Virus record (IMG/VR): IMGVR_UViG_3300030099_002405
Location: 1-29,141 of that record
Reading direction: 5' to 3' (one strand)
Length of the DNA stretch: 29,141 bases
DNA from: a virus
Taxonomy: Duplodnaviria; Caudoviricetes
Part shown: positions 1 through 7,774 of the stretch, piece by piece
Layout of the letters: each line of letters opens with the position of its first letter
Numbering within the stretch: position 1 is the first letter of the stretch
The notes under the pieces: model-generated
The model's input: the letters and a program-made list of their open reading frames with translations, nothing else
The model's database searches: none
What the model was told of the DNA's origin: nothing
Translations under genes and position numbers: made by a program

Positions 1-1698
1 GGCACACCTGCTGAACAAAGAGATGAAGCAATAAAAGCTGGCGAAACTGACGCACCACCTAAACCTGAAGATGATGATACTGGTCCTGGATTCTTTAAAA
101 GATTAACTGATCGTGTTACTGGTGTGGGCACTTTTGGTAAATTTTTATTAACAATTGCTGCTTTAACAGCTCTTAAATTATTTGGTGATAAACTAATACC
201 AGGTCTAGCAAAGTTATTAGAAACTATTAAGAAGGGTGAGATTACAAAAACTTTAGAAGATGTAATTATTAATGTCAGAGATAATAGTGTAGAAAAATTT
301 GAAGAACTTAAAGATGGTATGGCAAGATTTATCGCAGGTGTCAAAAATGTTGTTGATATTATTAAAGATTTATATACGAGATTAGAAGATTTTACAGAGG
401 GTTTTGACATGGAAGCAACTATGAAAAAGTTAAAACCTATCATGGAAGATATTAAAGAGAAAACAATAAAAGCAATAGGTGATTTTGCTGGGGAGGTAGC
501 ACTTGCGATTGGTGGTGCTATAATAGCTGGAACTTTTCTAAAACAAACACTTGCTATGGCTTTAAAAAACCCAGCACTTAAAGCGATATTTGCTGGTAAA
601 CCTTTAGCTGGAGCTGCACTTACAAAAGCAGCACTTAGTGCTGGAACTATTGTGCCTATTGCAGGACTACTACTTTATGGTATAACAACAACATACACAA
701 ACATAACAAATTCAATAGCAAAAACAATTGAAGAAGAAGGATCATTTAAGTTTGGTCCATTCTTAGCAAACTTCTTTGGTGGTAAGGGTGAAGGTGGTTG
801 GTTTAACGCATTGACACAAGCATTTAAAGTAGGCGGACCTTTTGCTCTTACAGGTATGGCGATAGGTGCTGCCTTATTCATCGGTACAGGACCAGGTGCT
901 CTAGTTGGTGCTCTCATTGGTGGTCTTGTAGGTACGGCTGTAGGGGGTGTAATTGGTGCATTTACTGGTTACCTAGGTAGTGATAAACTTAAAGAGTTTG
1001 GTTCTGCTTTGAAAGGCACAATAGACAGCGCAGTAGATTATATTAAAAACTTCTTTACAAATTTAATTAATGATGTTAAAAGACTTCTTGGTTTTCAGAC
1101 TGATCCTGCTTTAGATTTATCACGAGCACAAAAAAATGTAGCAGAAGCAAGAGAAAAGTTAGCAACAAACCCTGATTATATGCCATATATCAAAGCATTA
1201 GAAAAAGCAGAAGCCGAACTTGCAGAAGAATTAGCAGCACAACCATTGAAACAAGCAGAAGCAGCAACAGGTTTATCTCTATCTAGTATAGAAAATCAGA
1301 TAAAGGATAATGAATCAATAATACAAAGAAATAACATGATGTTAAATGATCCTCTATATCAAAACAATCCTGCAATAGATCAAGAAGCATTAAGAAAAGA
1401 AATAACAGAAGCAAATGAAAGAATAAATGATTTAAATAGTCAAAAACTTATGTTGCAAACAACACCATTACCATCAACAGGTTTAGTTGAAGATTTAGAA
1501 ATACAAAATAAAATTAAACAACAAGAAACTAGCATGATGGGAGCAGGTTCAATTGGTAGTGGAGGTATTGTAACAAAAATAGATAATTCTAATACTGCTA
1601 TCAAAGGTGGCGACAATATTACTGTTACTGGTTTATCATCAGAGAATATGGATCTTACATCTATGTTATTAGCAAGTAAAAAAGCAAGAATGGCTTAA
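1..1698 (+). CDS. Tape-measure / baseplate hub gp29-like protein, 5'-truncated by the window edge
   Basis: Frame 1 is open from base 1, so the listed GTG at 124 is probably not the true start. Long amphipathic helices, Gly/Ala-rich hydrophobic segments (GALVGALIGGLVGTAVGGVIGAFTG), a coiled-coil C-terminal half, and position next to gp48/gp53. Confidence 0.55.
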   Translation, partial: GTPAEQRDEAIKAGETDAPPKPEDDDTGPGFFKRLTDRVTGVGTFGKFLLTIAALTALKLFGDKLIPGLAKLLETIKKGEITKTLEDVIINVRDNSVEKFEELKDGMARFIAGVKNVVDIIKDLYTRLEDFTEGFDMEATMKKLKPIMEDIKEKTIKAIGDFAGEVALAIGGAIIAGTFLKQTLAMALKNPALKAIFAGKPLAGAALTKAALSAGTIVPIAGLLLYGITTTYTNITNSIAKTIEEEGSFKFGPFLANFFGGKGEGGWFNALTQAFKVGGPFALTGMAIGAALFIGTGPGALVGALIGGLVGTAVGGVIGAFTGYLGSDKLKEFGSALKGTIDSAVDYIKNFFTNLINDVKRLLGFQTDPALDLSRAQKNVAEAREKLATNPDYMPYIKALEKAEAELAEELAAQPLKQAEAATGLSLSSIENQIKDNESIIQRNNMMLNDPLYQNNPAIDQEALRKEITEANERINDLNSQKLMLQTTPLPSTGLVEDLEIQNKIKQQETSMMGAGSIGSGGIVTKIDNSNTAIKGGDNITVTGLSSENMDLTSMLLASKKARMA

Positions 1699-2159
1699 CC
1701 TCTTTGTTGTAGGTGTTTCTCAGTCCATATATCAAATATAATACCTCTATTATTACACCATTTACGAGCAGATGCAAATTTATCACGATTCATTTGATAA
1801 GTTTTCATTTCATATAATACAGTAGATCGTTTTTTACCTTGCACAGAGACAGGTGGTCGTAAGTCTTTTGATGGTTTGACTTCGATAAGATGTGTTTTGA
1901 GGTCACCTTCAGCAGTTTTAACTTTAATAAGAAAGTCAGGAAAATATCTACGCACCTTTTTAGAAAGAGTATCATAGTAAGGTATTGCTATTTCTTCACT
2001 TGCCCATTGTAATATACCTGGGTTATTGTCAAAGTATTTCATACACCTTCTCTCCCACATAGAACGATAGATAATATTATCACTATCACCCATGTATTTT
2101 TTTGGGTTCTGAGGTTTGTATTTACCCTTGTATTTCTGTGATCTTTCTTGCATAGTCAT
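1695..2159 (-). CDS. gp4: Head completion nuclease gp4 (TnsA-like PD-(D/E)XK fold)
   Basis: Motifs KGKYKPQNPKKYMGD, IIYRSMWERR, WASEEIAIPY, RRYFPDF, LIEVKP match T4 gp4. Start placed at ATG 2159 (or 2153), downstream of the - strand late promoter, rather than 2237. Confidence 0.93.
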   Translation of the reverse strand: MTMQERSQKYKGKYKPQNPKKYMGDSDNIIYRSMWERRCMKYFDNNPGILQWASEEIAIPYYDTLSKKVRRYFPDFLIKVKTAEGDLKTHLIEVKPSKDLRPPVSVQGKKRSTVLYEMKTYQMNRDKFASARKWCNNRGIIFDIWTEKHLQQRG

Positions 2160-2166
2160 ATAAATA
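2159..2166 (+). promoter_or_regulatory. T4-type late (gp55) promoter for gp48
   Basis: Exact TATAAATA 27 nt upstream of the gp48 ATG. Confidence 0.85.
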
Positions 2167-2176
2167 GTTATAAAAG

Positions 2177-2184
2177 TATTTATT
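2177..2184 (-). promoter_or_regulatory. Late promoter variant (AATAAATA) for gp4
   Basis: tatttatt on + reads AATAAATA on -, 17 nt upstream of the gp4 ATG. Confidence 0.65.
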
Positions 2185-2193
2185 AGGATAACA

Positions 2194-3417
2194 ATGAGTA
2201 AACTATTTTCAGCACTAAACGAATTAAAGACTAACATCTTTGGTGGTCAAAGTTATGTTAGGAATGATACACCTGGTTCTTCTAACGGAGTAAATATACT
2301 CAGAAAATCTAATATAGAGATGTTAGATCGTAGTCCTACATCTAGATTAGACAATGACCCTTTGGCATTCTCAACCATAGCATATCCTCATGATATTGTT
2401 GCAGACGGTACAAATGGTCATTATATGTTATTTTATGTTAATGTGCAAAATCAAACAAAGTTTGCTGCTAATTACAAGACACCATCAGGACTATCAGTAG
2501 AAGAGCAACTTAATGGTGTAAATCTGTCAGCAGAAAAAGCAGCTGCAGGTCAAGTAGCAGATCCAACATTTGATCGAGAGCAGGCATTTTTAGATAACAA
2601 ATCTGTAAGTTTATCGAATGTAAAAGAATTAGCAAGAGGTAATAAAACATTATCAAATGGTAATTTAGTCGCAGGAAATGTATCTAGTGCTATTGCAAGA
2701 GCAACAGGCACACCACCAACGACAAGAATTACTGATTCTGTAGCGATATACTTACCACCAAATGTTACAGATAGTTATCAAAATACATACAATGCAACTG
2801 AAACAGGTTTACTAGGTTATCTAGCGGCGTCAGGTGGTAAGATCACAGAATCAGTAAGAGATGATGATTTTGCTGCTGCTGCTGAAGCAATATTAGGCAC
2901 AAGTGGTGGTGTATTAGAAGAAATAGCAAAGAATTTAGGACTGTCAGTAGCTGAGATATTCACACAAGCAGAAGGTGGTTATGAATTAGCAAATAAAATA
3001 TTTGGTAGATCAGCGAATCCTTACTTAGAAGTTTTATATGGTGGCCCACAGTTAAGAACATTCACATATAGTTTTAAATTTGCGCCTAAGAACGAAAAAG
3101 AAAGAGATAATGTGCAAAAGATTATACAATTGTTTAGATTTCATTCAGCACCTGAAATGAAAAACGATCACAATATGTTTCTAGGTTTACCATCAGAGTT
3201 TGATATTCATTATATGTATCAAGCAGAAGATGGTGTTGCAAATGAAAATCTATACTATCCTAAAATAGCAACTTGTGTATTACAAAGTGTGAACACAAAC
3301 TTTACACCAAATGGTGTTCGAAGTCATGCTGATGGTTCACCAGTCGTAATTACTATGGATTTACAGTTTTTAGAAACAGAAATGATTACAAAAGATCATA
3401 TACAAGAGGGATTCTAA
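2194..3417 (+). CDS. gp48: Baseplate tail-tube cap gp48
   Basis: Motifs AIYLPPNVTDSY, NPYLEVLYGGPQLRTFTYSFKFAPKNEKE, IIQLFRFHSAP, CVLQSVNTNFTPNG, MDLQFLETEMITK. Directly upstream of gp53. Confidence 0.88.
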   Translation: MSKLFSALNELKTNIFGGQSYVRNDTPGSSNGVNILRKSNIEMLDRSPTSRLDNDPLAFSTIAYPHDIVADGTNGHYMLFYVNVQNQTKFAANYKTPSGLSVEEQLNGVNLSAEKAAAGQVADPTFDREQAFLDNKSVSLSNVKELARGNKTLSNGNLVAGNVSSAIARATGTPPTTRITDSVAIYLPPNVTDSYQNTYNATETGLLGYLAASGGKITESVRDDDFAAAAEAILGTSGGVLEEIAKNLGLSVAEIFTQAEGGYELANKIFGRSANPYLEVLYGGPQLRTFTYSFKFAPKNEKERDNVQKIIQLFRFHSAPEMKNDHNMFLGLPSEFDIHYMYQAEDGVANENLYYPKIATCVLQSVNTNFTPNGVRSHADGSPVVITMDLQFLETEMITKDHIQEGF

Positions 3418-3950
3418 TGAGTTATTTTAACTATTTTCCTTTATTAGCGTATGATGTTGACGGTAGTAAAAACTATAAACTTCTTACAAATATTCTTAAA
3501 CGAGTTAAAATAAGATCAGCAATCAAAGACGGCACATTAATATTTGATAAGTATGATGTTAAGTATGGTGAGAATCCTGAAGATGTCGCATACAAATATT
3601 ACAATAATTCAGAATATCATTGGATTGTACTAATGGTCAACAATATAACAGATAGATATTATGAATGGCCGATGACTGATCCACAGTTCGAAGCATTCTT
3701 AACAGACAAATATGGTGCAGGTAACGAGGATGCAACACATCATCATGAACTAGCACAAACAAGTGGTCCTACATCATCTAGTGATGATTCACATATGTTA
3801 GAAGTCAATTCAGACACAGAGAACGCAACAACAATTACAAATAGAGAATTTGAAGAAAGAGAACAAAATAAGTTAAGACAAATTAGACTATTAGACAGAC
3901 GATTCTTATCACAATTTGTTGAAGAATTTGAAAAACTAATACAGGAATAA
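3417..3950 (+). CDS. gp53: Baseplate wedge protein gp53 (LysM-like)
   Basis: MSYFNYFP start, YDVKYGENPEDVAYKYY, HWIVLMVNNI, YEWP, NKLRQIRLL. TAATG coupling to gp48. Confidence 0.92.
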   Translation: MSYFNYFPLLAYDVDGSKNYKLLTNILKRVKIRSAIKDGTLIFDKYDVKYGENPEDVAYKYYNNSEYHWIVLMVNNITDRYYEWPMTDPQFEAFLTDKYGAGNEDATHHHELAQTSGPTSSSDDSHMLEVNSDTENATTITNREFEEREQNKLRQIRLLDRRFLSQFVEEFEKLIQE

Positions 3951-3954
3951 TATC

Positions 3955-5439
3955 ATGCCAAATCCATACCTTGATTATCCAGGGGATTACAATCTAAACA
4001 AAATAGAGATCATTACTGCCACAGGTGAAGTATTACCTTTGCGTATGGGTATGATTGTAGAACTGAATGTTTTTGAAGATATCGAGAGTAGTGCGTTGAC
4101 AGGTTCTATGGTGATGATAGATTCAAGTAATATTATATCAAATGCGCCACTACAAGGTAATGAAAGACTAGTATTTAAACTATCAACGCCTGTTAGTGAA
4201 TATGATGAGAGAGTTGCAATAGACGCCAGCGAAGAAACAGGTTATCCTTTTCATATTTACGCAATTAAAAAGAGAGTAATACAGAGTGAGACTTTATCAT
4301 CTTATAATATACAGTTTTGTTCAAGAGAATTACTTAGAAATACGAGAACAAGAGTAAGCAGAGCGTATGAGGGTGAAGTGCATCAAGCAGCAATTAAAAT
4401 ATTGCGTGATAAGAATGGTTTAGATTCTAAAAAGAGATTGCGTTATGAACCTACAAAGAATAAAGAAAAGTTAGTCATACCGAATATGCGACCATTCAGA
4501 GCATTAGACATAGTGTCAAAGAAAGCATTATCTAAAAATTCAGAAGCTTCAGGTTATTATTTTTACGAGACAACAAAAGGTTTTAATTTTCGTAGTTATG
4601 AGAGTATGTTAACTACGCAAGGTAAGTATGGAAGATTACCTAAACTAACATTAGGTTATCAACCAAAGGCATTACCAGTTCAAGATCGAAAGAATTACAA
4701 TATGCACAATGTTGATTCTTATGAGTTTTTACAACACTTTGATACACTATCGCAACAATCTATGGGCACATATTCATCTAGAGTGATTACATATAGTATC
4801 TACGATAAGAACTATAATATCTCAGATTTTAGTTATCACGACCAATTCTTCAAACATTTTCATGCTGATCAAATGTCAGATTCGTCTAGTCGTAACTATC
4901 ATATTGGCGATTCGCCAGTAGATTTTGATTCACGATTAGGTGGTAATGTACCAGGGCGTATTGGTGACAAGACAGTAAGTGATTATCATGAAAGTAAAGT
5001 TATATTATATCCTTCAAGAAGATTCTTACATGATGATGAGCCAGATGTATTTACAAAAAAAGAAGGTATCAATGAGGCAATTAAACTATCACAAGCAAAT
5101 CAAGTATCTAATTCTACGATATTGAAAGTAGTCATGCCTGGTCATAGTTATGTAGAAGCAGGTGATATTGTCGAGTTTAAACTACCAAGTTTAGAACGCA
5201 ACAAGGGAGAATATTCAAATAATACATTTGACGAGAAGTATTCGGGTCGTTATCTAGTCGCAAAACTTCGACATAGACTAATTAAACAAGAATATCGTAT
5301 GGTATTAGAACTAGTTAAAGATTCAGTCGCAAAACCATATATCAAAGGTAATATTAACTATAAAGGTAAACCACCAGTCGAGAGAGGCACAATCGATATC
5401 TATCAAGAAGATCAAAGATTCAATTACTTCGCCGTATAA
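3955..5439 (+). CDS. Baseplate hub protein, gp27/VgrG-N-like
   Basis: 494 aa between gp53 and gp5, with ELNVFEDI..LTG, LQGNERL, YYFYETTKGFNFRS, PG...AGDIV and DEKYSGRYLV motifs typical of hub proteins. Confidence 0.7.
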   Translation: MPNPYLDYPGDYNLNKIEIITATGEVLPLRMGMIVELNVFEDIESSALTGSMVMIDSSNIISNAPLQGNERLVFKLSTPVSEYDERVAIDASEETGYPFHIYAIKKRVIQSETLSSYNIQFCSRELLRNTRTRVSRAYEGEVHQAAIKILRDKNGLDSKKRLRYEPTKNKEKLVIPNMRPFRALDIVSKKALSKNSEASGYYFYETTKGFNFRSYESMLTTQGKYGRLPKLTLGYQPKALPVQDRKNYNMHNVDSYEFLQHFDTLSQQSMGTYSSRVITYSIYDKNYNISDFSYHDQFFKHFHADQMSDSSSRNYHIGDSPVDFDSRLGGNVPGRIGDKTVSDYHESKVILYPSRRFLHDDEPDVFTKKEGINEAIKLSQANQVSNSTILKVVMPGHSYVEAGDIVEFKLPSLERNKGEYSNNTFDEKYSGRYLVAKLRHRLIKQEYRMVLELVKDSVAKPYIKGNINYKGKPPVERGTIDIYQEDQRFNYFAV

Positions 5440-5518
5440 TCTCATACCTACAGTTTCTAGAAGATTTTTCCTAGCAGGTATCGCCACAATAATCGAGAGA
5501 GGTCGCTCAGAGTATCAG

Positions 5519-5526
5519 TATAAATA
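5519..5526 (+). promoter_or_regulatory. T4-type late promoter
   Basis: Exact TATAAATA in the hub-gp5 spacer. Confidence 0.75.
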
Positions 5527-5536
5527 GTCCTAGAGT

Positions 5537-5743
5537 ATGAAACAATATCGCTTGACAAGACCCTTTACATATGTTAAAGATAGAATACTACGGCTATTCG
5601 AAGGTCGCAGTTATGACATATCTAAGGGGGATTCTTGTACACCATGGTCGAATATGCTTGACAATCATGAACATTTACATTATAGTAATCGTCATGGATT
5701 ACATCTGAATCCGTCAAAAAGCGTAGGCAAAAAAGGTAAGTAA
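5537..5743 (+). CDS. Hypothetical 68-aa ORF, doubtful
   Basis: ATG lies 10 nt after a late promoter, but there is no clear SD, no recognisable motif, and the ORF contains promoter-like elements. Confidence 0.3.
   Translation: MKQYRLTRPFTYVKDRILRLFEGRSYDISKGDSCTPWSNMLDNHEHLHYSNRHGLHLNPSKSVGKKGK
5658..5686 (+). promoter_or_regulatory. Sigma70-type promoter
   Basis: TTGACA (5658-5663), 17-bp spacer, TATAGT (5681-5686). Confidence 0.7.
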
Positions 5744-5773
5744 ATCAACAGTTATGTATAGTATAGAGTATGT

Positions 5774-5804
5774 ATGGTATCACATAAACCACCTCTTTTG
5801 TCAA
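5774..5804 (-). promoter_or_regulatory. Possible antisense sigma70 promoter with extended -10
   Basis: On -: T7-GC-TTGACA, 19-bp spacer ending in TGA, then TACCAT. The T-tract before TTGACA resembles the early promoters at 11.4-11.6 kb. The spacer is long. Confidence 0.4.
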
Positions 5805-5878
5805 GCAAAAAAATGCCTGAAAATACTATGGTCCGAACGGATTAAATACCGCAAGGCATCGGCAGGAGAAAAAAAATA

Positions 5879-6976
5879 ATGACACAAAATTTCATGGGCA
5901 AAGATGGTTTTCAATGGTTTGTGGGTGTCGTAGAAGATCGACAAGACCCACAGAAACTAGGGCGAGTGAGAGTTCGTTGTCTAGGGTATCACACAGAGAT
6001 ACACGAAGATTTAAAGACAGCAGACTTACCCTGGGCTCACCCAATGAATCCTATTACGAGTGCGACTGTATCAGGCATAGGGCAGACGCCGCTGGGACCT
6101 GTCGAAGGCACATGGGTCGTGGGTTTCTTTTCAGATGGTGCAGACGCTCAACAACCTATCATTATGGGGACTTTGCCTGGTGTTCCGAACGAGTTGCCTA
6201 CAAAGGACGGCTCTAAGGGTTTTCAAGATCGTCTGAACGCAAACTATCCGAAGTATAAGAACGAACCTGACACAAATCGATTGGCAGTCAATGATGAAGA
6301 AAACCCTCACCCTACGCTGACACTACGAAAAGCAGATCGAGATATAGCAGTCGGCGTTGCGAATACAGACATTACGACCGTTGTTGACGATATCGTACAA
6401 GCTGATCAGAGTGCCTTTTGGGATGAGCCCGAGACCACATATGCTGCTAAATACCCTTTTAATCATGTAATGGAGACAGAGGGCGGCCATCTACGAGAAT
6501 ATGACGATACAGTAGGGGCCAAGCGAATACATGAACGCCACAGCTCAGGCACAGGCTACGAGATATTTGATGACGGCACAAAGATTACGAGAGTAAAGAA
6601 AGACAACTATAACATTGTATCTGCTGACGAATACTGCCATATACAAGGGACAGCAAGAGAAACAATAGACGGCGGCTTACGAGTAAAGGTCAACAATAAT
6701 GCTCAGGCAAGTAATAACTATGCAATCGAAGTAGGCTCAGGTGCAAATGTTACAATCGAAGTACAAAATGGGGATATTAATCTGATTAGTCAACTAGGCG
6801 ATGTCAATCTCAAGGCAGGTAAGAATATGAACATAGATGTAGCACAAGCGTTAAACATTAAAGTAGGTGGTGCGATTACAGAGACATCTAAGAGTAAAAC
6901 AGAGAGTGCAGAGGGCACACATCAAATGAACGCAACACTACAGGATATAAACGGCAACAAGATAGAACTAAACTAG
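5879..6976 (+). CDS. gp5: Baseplate central spike gp5 (OB-fold plus beta-helix, no lysozyme domain)
   Basis: WFVGVVEDRQDP..LGRVRVR, LPWA, GPVEGTWVVGFF.DG, YPFNHV.ETEGGH..EYDDT.GA.RIH..H. SD AGGAG at 5864-5868. Confidence 0.95.
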   Translation: MTQNFMGKDGFQWFVGVVEDRQDPQKLGRVRVRCLGYHTEIHEDLKTADLPWAHPMNPITSATVSGIGQTPLGPVEGTWVVGFFSDGADAQQPIIMGTLPGVPNELPTKDGSKGFQDRLNANYPKYKNEPDTNRLAVNDEENPHPTLTLRKADRDIAVGVANTDITTVVDDIVQADQSAFWDEPETTYAAKYPFNHVMETEGGHLREYDDTVGAKRIHERHSSGTGYEIFDDGTKITRVKKDNYNIVSADEYCHIQGTARETIDGGLRVKVNNNAQASNNYAIEVGSGANVTIEVQNGDINLISQLGDVNLKAGKNMNIDVAQALNIKVGGAITETSKSKTESAEGTHQMNATLQDINGNKIELN

Positions 6977-7055
6977 GACAGTCTAGTTTAACTACTGTAA
7001 GGGATCTGTTTGCAAATACATAACATACCTCCTGAAACAACTAAATATTAATGAC

Positions 7056-7105
7056 AGACTTCTAAACTAGGAAGTTCCTGTTTAGGAGTTTATTCAAATT
7101 TTTTT
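7056..7105 (+). terminator. Long hairpin plus T-tract after gp5 (terminator or processing site)
   Basis: AGACTTCTAAAC-T-AGGA/AGT/TCCT-GTTTAGGAGTTT forms about 16 bp including G-U pairs, followed by ATTCAAA-T7. Confidence 0.55.
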
Positions 7106-7121
7106 GGAAAAAGGAGAATAT

Positions 7122-7373
7122 ATGACAACTGCTTATGACGCCAGAGCACAAGCTCTACATAGAAATCTAGATAAACAAATCGAGAATCTAGAACGAAAGA
7201 ACTATCACAATAGAGAATTAATTACAGACCTCAAAAAACAAAAACTCAAAGTTAAAGATCGTTTACATAGTATGTCTTTACGAGAGAGTAGAAAGAGCAA
7301 AAAAGAAACGCAGGCGAGGTATAAGAATATACAGTTAGAATTATTTAATAAGGGGAAGGAAATTGTTACATAA
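7122..7373 (+). CDS. DUF465/YdcH-family coiled-coil protein
   Basis: H..LDKQIENLE...ITDLKKQKLKVKDRL signature. SD AAGGAG at 7111-7116 supports ATG 7122. Confidence 0.75.
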   Translation: MTTAYDARAQALHRNLDKQIENLERKNYHNRELITDLKKQKLKVKDRLHSMSLRESRKSKKETQARYKNIQLELFNKGKEIVT

Positions 7374-7590
7374 GATAAGTGATTTTATATCAAAGATACG
7401 AGTTATCAAAGATAAGGCAGATCAACTAGAGACTATGAAGTATGGAGTACCAAAAGCGTCTCAGTCTGCGATTGACAATATGATACAAGACATACAGGCC
7501 ATGTGCTATATGATTAGTCAAGATCGAAGCGAATATAATCGTGTAGAAGAAGTTGATGACAAGATAGCAAAAGATGACGGTGGCTGGTAA
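7363..7590 (+). CDS. Hypothetical helical protein (75 aa)
   Basis: TTG start after GGGGAAGGA; overlaps both neighbours in the operon. Confidence 0.65.
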   Translation: MLHKISDFISKIRVIKDKADQLETMKYGVPKASQSAIDNMIQDIQAMCYMISQDRSEYNRVEEVDDKIAKDDGGW

Positions 7591-7747
7591 AGAAATAGTA
7601 CATACAAGAGAGGTGACCTGTGGAGAAGCAGAAGATCACCCTCTTGTATATTATGTGATCGGTAAGAAGAACGAGGTCACTTGTGGGTATTGCAACAAGA
7701 CCTTTGTCTATGTTGAAACTCAGCCAAAAGGCGTGGAAAAAATCTAA
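7574..7747 (+). CDS. zf-CHCC zinc-finger protein (NDUFS6/NUMM-like), 57 aa, absent from the ORF track
   Basis: Manual translation MTVAGKEIVHTREVTCGEAEDHPLVYYVIGKKNEVTCGYCNKTFVYVETQPKGVEKI* shows C-x5-HP-x-V...C-G-Y-C. Alternative GTG start at 7580. Confidence 0.82.
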   Translation: MTVAGKEIVHTREVTCGEAEDHPLVYYVIGKKNEVTCGYCNKTFVYVETQPKGVEKI

Positions 7748-7761
7748 AAAAAATTTTCTGT

Positions 7762-7769
7762 TATAAATA
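7762..7769 (+). promoter_or_regulatory. T4-type late promoter, probably leaderless mRNA
   Basis: TATAAATA-GTAGT-ATG. Confidence 0.85.
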
Positions 7770-7774
7770 GTAGT

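Noticed and set aside
5914-6216. 100-aa alternate-frame ORF inside gp5 as an overprinted gene
   Set aside because: No SD, Arg/Cys-rich composition typical of off-frame reading, and locally high GC lowers stop frequency. It covers only part of the anomalous region. Not fully excluded.
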